Part shown: positions 52,374-64,000 of the stretch, one piece after another
How the letters are laid out: each line of letters starts with the position of its first letter
How positions within the stretch are numbered: position 1 is the stretch's first letter
Assembly: GCF_003918875.1 (NCBI RefSeq)
Contig: NW_025767360.1
Coordinates: forward strand, 186,001 to 250,000
Length of the DNA: 64,000 nt
Reading direction: 5' to 3'
From: Haliotis rubra
Lineage: Eukaryota
Program-made: the position numbers and the translations under genes
The notes under the pieces: generated by a model
What the model saw: only the letters and a program-made list of their open reading frames with translations
Databases searched by the model: none
What the model was told of the DNA's origin: nothing

Positions 52374-54447
52374 TGCTGATGACTGTGACACAAACGCCGA
52401 CTGCACAAACACTGAAGGGTCCTTCACCTGTACATGCAAGCCTGGCTACGCTGGAGATGGAGAGACCTGCACAGACCCGCTTTCAAAAAAGCATTTGCAA
52501 TAATAAAATGATTGCACATTTGTTTTAGTTGGCGTGTGTTCCGCAGATGGCAACGAATGTTTAAATGGTGGGACATGTAGTATCCCATCAGACACCACTG
52601 CTAGTACATATCAATGTGCAGCTGGATATACTGGTAGCCTTTGTAAAAGAGGTAAGTACTATACATAAATACGCCTTCTATTTTATTCTTAGTAGTAGAA
52701 ATCATCAATAAAATATTTCATTTGTGTTTTCGTTCGCTGTATACTAACAGTGACGTGTAATTTTGTTTTGAGCTTAGCTAAGAAACAATACACTAAAATG
52801 CATTTGCTCGTCACCATGACATAAAATTCATTGGTAGCCGTAATTTCTTTTCATTTTCGTTTTCATTCTTGGTAAACATTGATGAGTGCCCAACCGATGC
52901 CGATGACTGTGATACCAACGCCGACTGCACAACCACTGAAGGGTCCTTCACCTGCACTTGCAAGCCTGGCTACGCTGGAGATGGATAAACTTGCATAGAT
53001 AATTGTATACAGTGGAAACGGTTTGACGTTGTTGCATGCCAGTTTGATTTGTCTAATTTTGATGCTTTATCAAACGAAAGTATGACGCTTCTTGTATAGG
53101 AGCATGCAGAGCCAGCTTCTGAAAAGAAACATAGTACGGAATCTAGTCACTGTTGTAATTCAAACTTAAACATTGTCGAACGTAGATGACAATGACATTT
53201 TCATTTGTACCGTTACAAATGCACTTCCATTATTAGACAACAGAGCGACCAGCAGATCCATTCAAAAGTGTGAGCAATTAAGTCCACCAAAACTGCAAGC
53301 GTACCAACATAGCAACCTATGAATCCATCTTGAAACTTTCCTGATCAACATTTAACGATATAAGATGGTCACAATTCGTTTTTCCTCCTTCTAGAGGGTG
53401 TGTGTTCTGAGGACGGGGATGAATGCCATTAATGGAGGTACATGTGACACAAGCAGCACCCCCACCACGTGTTCCTGTGCGAATGGTTACACGGGGGACA
53501 CCTGTCAGAATGGTAAGGAAACATTCTTTTTACATGATACGAATCAAAAATAACTTTTGTGCCGGCAATATTCCATCAGTTCCAATCTTTGTTGTCAACA
53601 TGTATCAACTTTTTAGATACAATCGAGCATTTTTTTCTGACACAAAGTTGTTTGATCAAAGTTACATTTAGGGCCTCAGTATTAAAGCTTGCAAACATTA
53701 TAAGGTAGACAGGCATTAAAGCTTTACAACATGTTAAGGTAGACACGTAGCATTTCCAAATGTAACACACGAGTGATATGAATTACTGCAATTTCTTATA
53801 TTGACGTGTACATGTTACCGCCTGTATCATGTAGAAAATTGCTCAGTGTTCGAAATAGTCTTAAAATTTTGATAGCCAGTCGGGCTAGCTATGCCTGAAA
53901 GTCACTAGTCCACAAAATAATTCACTAACCCGAAATTCGGATGAAGTCGCGGGTTTCATCATTAAACTGATAATATGATGAACATTTTTTATTAAGCCAT
54001 AGTCTTGCATGATTCATAAGTGTATTAAAGCTTAACAGTCGCAGAGAGTCATATATTTACAATATGACTCCATGACAATTCACTTGGAGATTTACTGTCC
54101 CGACTGGATTTTTACTCGCCACTGGCTAGCGGGACAGTGGCTATTTCGAACACTGGAATTGCTACTCTTGCCTTGTGTTTGTGACGGGTGCGAACACCTG
54201 GTATAATCACTGTTTAAAATGATTCCTGAACACATGTTCATTATATAGTCGGAATAGTGCAATAAACTCTGCTTTAACCAGATATTTCTTATGAATGTGA
54301 AAAACGCTTTGTCGCTTTGCACAAATTCCACCACAGTAGAATTTTATCATTTGTACACACACAATCTCTACTGCAGGCGGAGGGACAGTGAAGATTTCCG
54401 CATACCTAGTGGGGATGACTGTTCTCACTTTCTTCCTCATCCTGTGA
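52374..54447 (+). pseudogene. 5'-truncated pseudogene of EGF gene 1 (exon 3-7 homologues)
   Basis: 52374-52474 has lost its acceptor and donor by deletion. 52529-52651 keeps splice sites but has Cys4->Tyr. 52876-52998 has AG->AA, TAA at 52986-52988 and GT->AT. 53395-53512 has a +1 frameshift. The terminal GPI exon 54377-54447 is intact. No signal-peptide exons. Confidence 0.85.
53844..54155. mobile_element. hAT-like MITE (left part only at 11710-11926)
   Basis: 15-bp TIR CAGTGTTCGAAATAG; 8-bp TSD (a/g)aattgct. Confidence 0.85.
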
Positions 54448-54741
54448 CGCGTTCGTTTTCAGTTTGAAATCCACATTTAGCATAAATTTGTAATGAATAA
54501 GGGATAAGACAATATCCATTTCTTAGTAATTAAGGTGATGTCTTCACTAAATTAAACTGTTATTCGTAGAAATATCTATATATTACAGAATGGAACTCTA
54601 CTATGATTAGCGGTGTTTAGTTAATTCTATTCATCGTTATTTCTGTATTAGTTTGTAGTGTTCACTCCGTGTATGTTATTATCACTAATAGTTGATTATT
54701 TGATGACTGACTGTTAGTAATTGATACTGATTGATATCATC

Positions 54742-54875
54742 TCGCTGTAGGTAAAAAGATAAAATTTCCCCTGTATGTTTTCGACTGCTGATAATATGTT
54801 ACTGATGACGTGGAGCTGTCCCCCAGTGACCACTGACACAGAGTAAATGTTATCTACTTTTTACCTACAGTGACA
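54742..54875. promoter_or_regulatory. Conserved downstream element, copy 5
   Basis: Duplicate of 12421-12555; core at 54802-54813. Confidence 0.55.
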
Positions 54876-56596
54876 AACAATTCAAGTTTAAAATAATTTG
54901 AATATATGAAAAAGTGTGTACATTATTCCCTGATATTTGTAACTTTTACGAATAAACACCACCTGCAATGGTTTGACTGTCTTTGAGTATATTTAATGAC
55001 GTTTTAGCTGTCGCCTTTTTTAAGTAAGTTACCATTACACGTAACATATTCAATGTGTAATTCGATACGGCGATGAGAAATTAATATAACTGTTTTATAC
55101 AAATTAATATCAACGCAACCGTCAGAAGTTTGAAGCAGAATGACGGCGACACTTATTACATTTGAGATGGCTGGACAAGGGAATGATGTTATGAGCATGG
55201 CACGTCGACAGGATACGATGACACGATACAGATAGACCAAACCTCGCGACGTTCGACATACAGGCATAGGTCGCTTGGGACCAACTCAAAATTACAGAGG
55301 GCGAGACAAAGTACAGCAAAACATTTAGAACACAATATGCACTACCATTAAAGCCAAATATATCCATGCTTGTACAGATCTCTACTCTTTCATACACAGC
55401 AGTTATCATTAGATATTAGACTGGGTGACCATTTCAAATTTGCTGCCTGATTATACATTTTACAAAATATCTGTTTCCATTAGATATTTGTGAGCGATGC
55501 ATTCACATTTCGTTGTTGTTGTGTTGGTTTTTTTGTTTTTTTTTGTTTTGTTTTGTTTTTTTTGTTTTTTTGGGGGGGTTGTTGTTTGACGCCGCACTCA
55601 GCAATATTCCAGTTATGTGGCGGCGGTTTGTAGATAGTCGAGACCTGACCAGACATTCCAGTGATCAATAGCATGAGCATCGATCAACAGAATTGGGATA
55701 CAATGACATATGTCAACCAAGTCAGCAAGCCTGTACACACGATCACGTAGTTGCCTCCAACGACAAGCATGGATTGCTGAAGACCAACTCTAACCCTGAT
55801 CTTCACTGGTTTCATAATTCGTTCCGTAGAAACATTTTCGCCATATACACCATTTGTTGGACATTTAGAAACCGACAGTATCGGTAGGTTAGTATTTTAG
55901 CAACACATGTTGAGCTATCGCTAACTTTCTCACTGTAAGTCAATCAGAGTTTGTCGTCACCGTCACCTCGTGGTCTGAACATCTGAACGTTTGAACGTCG
56001 AACATCGGGATATAATCACTCATTAAACTGACCTCTGGTGATGCAGCTGAAAACCTCATCAAAGCTGTTCTAACAACTTTACACTCTCAATTCAGCTGTC
56101 AAGAATCATTGCAGTGTGCAATGTATACACCTGTCAGAGCACTTCTCAACCACCATAGTCAGAGGACGCGGTCAGCAGCACTTTTACTGACGCATCAGTT
56201 CGTTAGGCATATGCATTTCAGTTTATCCCCCCCACGTTCTTTGTTGTTGTTTATTTGAAATATATCTGTTGGTACATTAGTTATATCCAGAATATGATCA
56301 ATTAACTGTTACTCCCTTTTAAGGGGCTTTCGAGGATTTGCTATTATCATCGTAATTTTACGACACTTCAATCAGTCTAACCGTTGCCTAAAGACACTCC
56401 CTGTTTGTACATGTATCACGTCAAATACACTTGCACATCTTGGACAAATCTTATATTTATAGTTGGGTGTTCTTTTGGACTTAGATGATAAATATACAAG
56501 ACATGTGATACATCGATCGTTCTCTCTATCCATTTAGCTATAGAAGTGTTCAGTGTGAAGAACAATATATACCCGTCCTATGTTCTATTAAGTAGA

Positions 56597-56743
56597 GGGG
56601 CAGTTGGGTAGCCTTGTGGTTCGCTCGTCACGCTAAAGACCCAGGTTCGATTCCCAATATGGGCACAATTTGTGATGCCGATTTCTGGTGTACCCTACCG
56701 TGATATTGCTGGAATATTGCGCAAAACCAAACTCACTCTCTCC
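56597..56743 (+). mobile_element. tRNA-derived SINE
   Basis: Perfect 12-bp TSD ctattaagtaga. Confidence 0.88.
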
Positions 56744-58756
56744 CTATTAAGTAGAACAAGTGTAACAAGATAGATTATCCTGATTTACCCGTAAAACAAT
56801 ATGTTTCATTTAGTGTCCATACATGTGGAACAATATCTTTCCGATAGGTTGAGAAACTGTATGCAGATATATTTTGGTTTTTGAAAGTTTGACGTTTCGT
56901 TTGCTATTAACTGTACTTCCATAAGTGCTACAACATTCAATGTATCACCCTATGTCAGAAGAGGGTTTCAATAGTTTCTTGTCGTATGAGTAAAAGGATT
57001 AATGAGTTGATGGTGTGTCATTGTATCCGACATTACGAATCATTGCTCATTGTACCTTCCGCTAGATTGCTTTGTCGTACGTACATCCTACCCGTTTACT
57101 AATGTATCTGGAATATTATTTATCAAAGACTAACATCTAGAGCATTAACACATTAATACCTTGTCACACGGACCTAGAGATAAATGAGTGCTGCAATTGT
57201 TCCTGTTTGTGTGCCGTTCAATACAAGACCCTGCACAGTCCTGATACGAGTCCTGGTCCTGGTCCTAGTGATGGTTCTAGATTCTCCTCCGCATACTGCT
57301 CAACACTCACTTGGTCCAATTTCCGTGAACAAAATTGACATATTTCTTCATAGCAGAGCTGCATTTTATATTAAAGTGTCTCTTTTACAAAATACATTTT
57401 GTTTCCATAAGGAATGGACACAACCTTGTTCACATTCACTTGACGAGAAGGTGATTACAAACTGCAGTCTCAGAATAATCTCCGGTAACAGATCCTGCTC
57501 CTGGTGATGGTTCAAGGGCCTACTTCACACGAGGACGAACACACTCACTTAATAACACTCCAAATATAATGCCCCGTAAACTGGGCATATCAAATTACGT
57601 AAATCCAAAACCTAAAACAGGTCAATGTATTGGTGAGGTTTGAAGACCTTTGTGCCACTCAAAAGAGTCACACTGTTCGGTGATAGGGTGTGCTCACTCC
57701 AAAATGTGATAATCTGCAAATATCTCACTTTTTAACTTACAAATTTCATTAACTGTTCATCATTTATGATAACTGGTGTTTAATACAGCCTTTCGTATTG
57801 TTATTAGTGGTGTTTCATAATGTTTACAATTTCGATTGTTTTGCCTAATACATGTTTACCATGTATTAAACCACGATAACGCGAGTTCTCTCCCTTTATT
57901 TGTCGAATTTTCTGCACATGCACCTGACAACTCACAATTATGATAGGTTTTGTATCTATCCTTATTAGCAATACAAAGTTAATCTAACAGGTACTTTAAA
58001 AACAAGCACACTAAAATGTGAAATGTATCTTCATTCTTTGATTATCACACCACTCTCCTGAATATTGAATCCAAATGATACAAAAATTGAGTTTAAATCA
58101 GTGATCGACATCATGAGCACCGACCTGCTCCATTAGGATACCATGATATTACACATTGCACGCAGACAAGTAAACTATGCTCCATAGTGACCCTTTCATC
58201 TCTTTTGATTTAATGTCATATCTCTATGTTTCTCATTGGGCAAATGTTCACGAATTCCAAAACCTGATGCGTTACATGGACAAAGGGAGGTAATCCTGTA
58301 TTGGATCACACGAAGCGGTCGTATAATACTCATACTCATTTATATTGAAGGAACAGATACATCCCTCATCTCAATTACAGGATATTATGAATTAATTAGG
58401 TCTTATCTGACAGTACCGAATGTCAAATTGGTGGTTACAACTTATTAACGTTAGCGTCCCCTATTCCGCCTCGTCATGAATTCCTGTAGGGACAGTAGGG
58501 TAGCCTAGTGCTGAAAGGGTTCATAAAATGCCGAGGTTCGATTCCCTACATGGGTACAGCATGAAAAGTCCATTTTAGGTGTCCCCCCGCGTGATATTGC
58601 TGGAATATTGTTAACATCTCTGTAAACGCCAACCCCATATCCATACCTGTATAAAATATGAACACAACGTTAAACCCAATGTTTTTTTAAGCTGCAGTGT
58701 TCTGTTGTCACTCTTGTCGTCGAAAGCTCAGATGCTCTTGGGCTCACTGGATATAT

Positions 58757-58930
58757 GAATCAGTCAGTGAGTGAGTATGTTTTTACGCCGCTTTTAGCGA
58801 TATTCCGGCAATATCACGACGGGGAACACCAGAAATGGGCTTCACACACATTGTACCCATGTGGGGAATCGAACCTGGGTCTTCAGCGTGACGAGCGAAC
58901 GCTTTAACCACAAGGCCACCCCACCGCCCC
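58757..58930 (-). mobile_element. tRNA-derived SINE
   Basis: Full-length reverse copy; TSD cactggatatat. Confidence 0.88.
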
Positions 58931-60539
58931 ACACTGGATATATAGTTTGCAGATATATAGGTATGGGGCACCACTTCCCTCAGGCAACACCCGAGAAGGT
59001 CCGAGTTAGAACTGGTCGTCAGTAACCCACGCTTGTCGAAAGAGGCGACTATCGGGATCGGGTGTTCAGGCTCGCTGACTTAGTTCACACTTGTCATTGT
59101 ATCCCCCTTTGCGTAGAACGATGCTCATGCTGTTTATTACTGGATTGTCTAGTCCAGACTCGATTATTTACAGACCGCCGCCATATAGCTGGAATATTGC
59201 TGAGTGCAGCGTTAGACAAGAAACCATCCAAACAACCCTCAGACAATCATGAATTCTCTCGACTGAACTGCTAAACTCTTTTTAACACTGTTTGTCTGTT
59301 GATTCACTGCGACCAATTTTGTGATGGTAGACAGATGATATCCAAATTTTATTGCCGCCTCAGTTGAGGTTGGTCCAACCAGGAGTAACGCCTGTCTAGA
59401 ATTCAGCTAATCGACCTGTGTTTCCTGTCCTTATGAAATACTTGGTGTTTTTGTTTTTAATTAGAATTATGAATGATGGCCATGTCGGAAATGCACCCAT
59501 TTGGCCATATTAGTTGCGCATCATGCGAGAAACAGAGAAGGCACGACTACGTTCCTGACTTGGAACAAGTGATGTACACAATGACCAGAGTCAATTCCAT
59601 GTGCTTCCTTACGTTTGTATTCATTCCTTTTCACAAATTATTCTCGTTTGCACGTCACAAGGAGAAAAAACTCGACTTGCCAGTCTAAGTATAAAACGTA
59701 ATGTAATAATGAGACTGGTGTCATCACTAACGTTCAGTCTACCCGTGAAGGTTCGGGTTAGAATATTGATATTCAGTAACCCTTGCTTGTCGAGAAAGGC
59801 GATTAACGGGATCGGGTGGTCAGGCTCGCTGACTTGGTTGACACATGTCATCGGTTCCCAGTTGCGCAGATCGATGCTCATGCTGTTGATCACTGGATTG
59901 TCAAATCACTACGCCTCGTCTTGACGCTGCGACACGAAATATCGCCCTTGAAAGAATGCACGCTGGAGATTACCAATCTTCTGTTGCCAGGCGTCTGAAT
60001 GTTAGTCTGAGCACGATATTACCGATTGCAGCTCGTTGCAACCAAACAGGTATAACAAATGACCGTCCCCGTACAGGCAGACCTCGAGTCACCAATCAAT
60101 CTTTCAATCTTTATTCTCTTTTTAACCAAGAGCATTGGATATAATATTGCACATAGATTTGATTTGATTGTTGAAAGGACGTTGCATAATTTACAGGTTC
60201 TGCGTAGCTTTAACACGGTTATTGATAATAGATATAAACTTAAGAATAGACAGTTTGTTGGATGCGAACAATGATTTCATCTTATACAAATTTGAGAATG
60301 TTCCAAATTATGAGATCTAATTTGAGTGATTGCCGAACATCTAAATAGATAATGGAATTCATCAGCTGTTGAAGGTGAGTTACAGAGATGGCAGGTTCTA
60401 TTTTTTTGCGGGATGCGTTCCCAACGGCCAGATTTCTTGTTCTAAATAACATTGAGGGATATGATATTTCTTTTGGCAATAAGAGGTATTTTTCAAATGA
60501 TTGGAAATCTTTCAGGACCCGATAATAAAATCCTTTGGA

Positions 60540-60755
60540 ACTGCTGTGCTTCAGCTCAAGATCGGTACATCCGGGTACTACATTTGCGTGATCGTACTGC
60601 CACAGGTGAGAGCACAGCAGCCAGGGTGCCTGGACTTCGGAGGATATCCGTTCAAACTGCACTAAAGTCTGTTTGTGGACGAGTTATACATGTTTGAAAA
60701 TACAACATTTTCGCAACAGATTTCTGGCGTATGCGTTTCATTTTGGGAATAGTAT
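60540..60755 (+). mobile_element. Internally deleted Tc1 remnant with 3' TIR
   Basis: SAQDRYIRVLHLRDRTAT..PGLRRISVQT, then tatgcgtttcattttgggaatagtata. Confidence 0.7.
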
Positions 60756-60905
60756 ATATCTTCTTCCTGTCTTCTTTCTTCTCCTCCATGGCAATACATA
60801 AGGCCATAAGTAGACTGACAAAGTTTAATAAAAACAGAAACTAATTAATTCCAATATAAACAAGAATATAATCAATTACAAAGTGAATATAATACATACA
60901 TATCC

Positions 60906-61056
60906 TTATTTACATATGGATCCAAGGATGGTGGCGCAGTTGCTTGCGCCAGTGTCTTTGGATCAAGAACAATATATTCTAGATTACCCGACGCCAGTTC
61001 AAGTTTCACAGCAGAAGCAAACGCCATATTAACAGTCCTAAATTATACTCAGCAGC
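60906..61056 (+). mobile_element. LINE RNase H fragment (I/Nimb-like)
   Basis: LFTYGSKDGGAVACA..RLPDASSSFTAEANAIL matches the YTDGSK..RLPD..SIFTAEA.AI motif. Confidence 0.75.
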
Positions 61057-61902
61057 AAAAGAAACGTCAGTACGAATTCAAAATTAGATCGGCTGTAATC
61101 AAATCATTACAGAAATGGACATAATAAGCGGATCAAACACTTTTTTGTGTACAATATCTTGACACATCAATGTATAACTCCACACAATTCCAAGACATTA
61201 CATGAACGTTTGCAGTCCATTCAGACTCTTGACTTCAGTATCTAGTGTGACCACTACGAGCGGCAATAACTCCAGCACCACAGCGTCTATGCATGGAGTG
61301 CACTAATCCATTGATGAAGGCCATTGGCACCTGGAACCACACTCTGAGCAGTTGATACGCAGTACCGACTCTCATCTGTGAACAGAACAGTTCCCCATTG
61401 TCTGTATCGCCAGTTTTGGTGTTGTAGGGCAAACTGTAGACGTTCACGCCAATGACGAGGGGCGAGGATAGGTCCACGGTAATCTAATGCAAAGAAGGGA
61501 CACTCAAGTAGGCATTAATAAATTACGTGCTATAAAACCCTATATTGGTTAATCTACTAGGGTTGTCAGTCCAGATTTGATGAAGTCATTTTAAGACGAT
61601 GCCGTATTGGCCATACTCGATATACAAATGAATACCTGTTCAAAGGTGAGGATCCTCCGTTTTGCATCCTGTCATTCATGCCCTGCTTCACTTTATTAAA
61701 CAAAAGGCAAAACAATGAAGGATCTTTTTAACAATGTCAATCATCATTTAGTTATCGGAATTGTAAAAGAAATAGAATTGATTAATACATTTTAATCGAT
61801 ATATTTTGTATATAGATATATATTTTATTATGGGTAGTTTCAATTTGCAACTTAGATTGTTAGTAGTTGTATCCTCACATGACGTTGAAGTATTGTAAAA
61901 TA

Positions 61903-63545
61903 TACTAAGTCAAAAAAGAAACTTCACAAAATGTCATTTGAAAAATAATGAATAATTTTTTTCTGATGATACATCTATGTATCCGAAATGGGATCCCTAT
62001 CTTTCGACTCTAGAAAAACCCACTCAAACCCATCCATTCGTCATGCAAATGACGTTAGTGCCAAATCAGGTTTTGCACGTGCAGTCAATCACGTGATCTT
62101 CGCATCGAAGTTTTCTTCATATGCACGTGTTTGCATTGGCCTCAAGAATTGAAAAAAACACTTTTAAACCACAGTTCTAAAGGTACTTGAAATGCAACGA
62201 TTGTCAAATGTGCAACGTGAACGTGCCGTTGGCATGTTGCAAGCGGGAAGATCAGTTATTGACGTCGCAAGAGCAATGGGATGCAGCCGTCGTACTGTGT
62301 ATGACTTGCGAGGTCGTCTACAACAAACTGGCACCACTTCTGATCGCCCAAGGTCGGGTCGTCCACGTGTGACGTCACGAGCAGAAGACCGTCAAATCGT
62401 CCTACGTCACCTACATGACAGATTTCTGCAGGCTACACGAACCAGGGCTGAGATGTTTAGAGGTCGACTGTCCTCACAGACCATTCGAAATCGGTTGTGG
62501 GCTGCCAATCTCCATTCTCGACGTCCATATCGTGGGCCAATATTGACGTCGTTTCATCAACGCCAGGGGCGGTGGGGTAGCCTAGTGGTTAAAGCGTTGG
62601 CTCGTCACGCCGAACACCCGGGTTCGATTCCCCACATGGGCACAATGTGTTAAGCCCATTTCTGGTGTCCCCCGCCGTGATATTGCTGGAATATTGCTGA
62701 AATCGGCGTAAAACTAAACTCAGTCAGTCAGTCAGTCAGTCATCAACGTCAACGTCAACGTCTGCTGTGGGCCCAACGTCACCTCCGATGGACCCAGAGA
62801 GACTGGAATCGAGTCGTCTTTAGCGATGAATCCAGGTTTACCCTCAGATTCGCGGACGGCAGGCATAGAGTCTGGAGACGACGTCGTGAACGGTATGCCC
62901 AATGTTGTGTACAGGAAGTCGACAGATTCGGGGGCGGAAGTTGCATGGTGTGGGGTGCTTTCTGTGGGAACAACCGTTCCCGACTTCTGGTCATCCGTGG
63001 AAACCTCACAGCTGCTGCTTACCGCGACCAGGTGCTCACCCCCTGAACTCGTTCCTTTCATGGCGGCTCATGGCCCAGGTCTACAGTTCCAGCATGATAA
63101 TGCTCGGCCGCATACCGCGATGTTGACACGAAATTTCCTTCAAAACGCTTGAATCAACGTCATGGACTGGCCATCGAGGTCCCCTGACCTTAATCCAATT
63201 GGCGCTGCCTTGCAAGAGCAATGGCGCAGAATCCCCAACCACGTGTTCACAAGCATCAGGCAGTCGATGAGGAGACGGTGTTTGGCAGTGGTGAATGCGC
63301 GGGGCGGCCATACACAATTTTGAACTGAGAAATTTCGCATTTTTATTCTTGTGACTTGACATTCTGTATACCCATGTTTTGGAACGGCGGTGTAGCCTAA
63401 TGGAACTGATTATGGCACTGTCAGTGTATCGAGTACATCACACAGATCTCAGCAATGAAATAATAACAATTTAACCATCTTACCATCTCTTGTTCTTTTA
63501 TAGTGCCCTGAAGAATGAATGTGAAGTTTCTTTTTTGACTCAGTA
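61903..63545 (+). mobile_element. Tc1 element (third subfamily) with nested SINE
   Basis: TIR TACT(A/G)AGTCAAAAAAGAAACTTCACA, TA duplications at 61901-02 and 63546-47, empty site at 18848-49 in the paralog. Broken transposase 62192-63323. Confidence 0.93.
62566..62739 (+). mobile_element. tRNA-derived SINE nested in Tc1 ORF
   Basis: TSD tcatcaacg(c/t)ca; (CAGT)n tail. Confidence 0.92.
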
Positions 63546-64000
63546 TACATACGTTTTTGGAATAAACCCGTATACAGCCGAAGGCAAACCCCTCCTAATA
63601 AACCTGATTTAGTTCTTTTTATTAAAGCCAATGACTGAAGACTGTATGTGACTGTTTGTCAGTTTTTTAAGCCTTCTACTATGGTGATCAATTTCCTCGC
63701 AAAATATCCCCTACTTGTCGTTACATTATACGAATTAGTACATACATATCAACAGAATAACGCATCCTTGTAAACTGTTCACTTCAATACACTTCGGTGC
63801 AAGGATACTTGAATTACATTACATTCTATTATTGGTCTAGTCAACTTTCATCTCAAGAGCTGCCAGGGTCACCCTGTCACCTAAACGACTCAATATTTTC
63901 CGGGTAGCGCCTCCAACAATAAACCGTTTTCACATTGTGTAACACATTCGTCTCGTTTCTCTCCCATTCAGCTGAAACGGGGTTTCTTAATTTATTGCAA

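Larger units (their letters stand above)
52480..64000 (+). repeat. Segmental duplication block 2, copy B
   Basis: Matches 10360-19300, plus a Tc1 insertion and a rearranged 60.4-61.3 kb segment. Confidence 0.9.

Noticed and set aside
62566-62640. tRNA-Asp gene (also the other SINE heads)
   Set aside because: No proper acceptor stem. Each continues into a SINE body with tail and TSD.
1-64000. CRISPR arrays, rRNA, operons, endogenous virus genes and the remaining 60-120 aa ORFs
   Set aside because: Eukaryotic repeat-rich DNA with no regular repeat-spacer array and no rRNA or viral hallmark motifs. The short ORFs are antisense or alternate frames of repeats, or chance.

Overview
AT-rich, intron-containing eukaryotic DNA. 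The SINE and transposon content suggests a gastropod mollusc, probably abalone; this is an inference. The window is a decaying tandem array of a two-gene unit. On the + strand is a small secreted, probably GPI-anchored multi-EGF gene whose introns are all phase 1. It lies tail-to-tail with a heavily eroded minus-strand ankyrin-repeat-like gene. I reconstructed two apparently intact EGF genes by hand: 8466-12119 (7 exons, 246 aa, 5 EGF) and 41427-44895 (5 exons, 169 aa, 3 EGF, different GPI tail). There is also a 5'-truncated pseudogene (52374-54447) and an orphan GPI-tail exon (29324-29406). An invariant 12-mer, CTGATGACGTGG (UPRE/XBP1-CREB3-like), lies 276-382 nt after the stop codon of every GPI exon. 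A younger segmental duplication relates ~1-10150 to ~31260-42950 and ~10360-19300 to ~52480-64000. The rest is repeats: four large Tc1 (DD34E-type) copies, two forming a near-identical inverted pair; a tRNA-Asp-like SINE; a MetaSINE-like copy; a tRNA-less retroposon with a candidate 5' pseudoknot; several MITEs; a Crypton-like hairpin element; and LINE fragments. Most ORFs in the supplied track are spurious.
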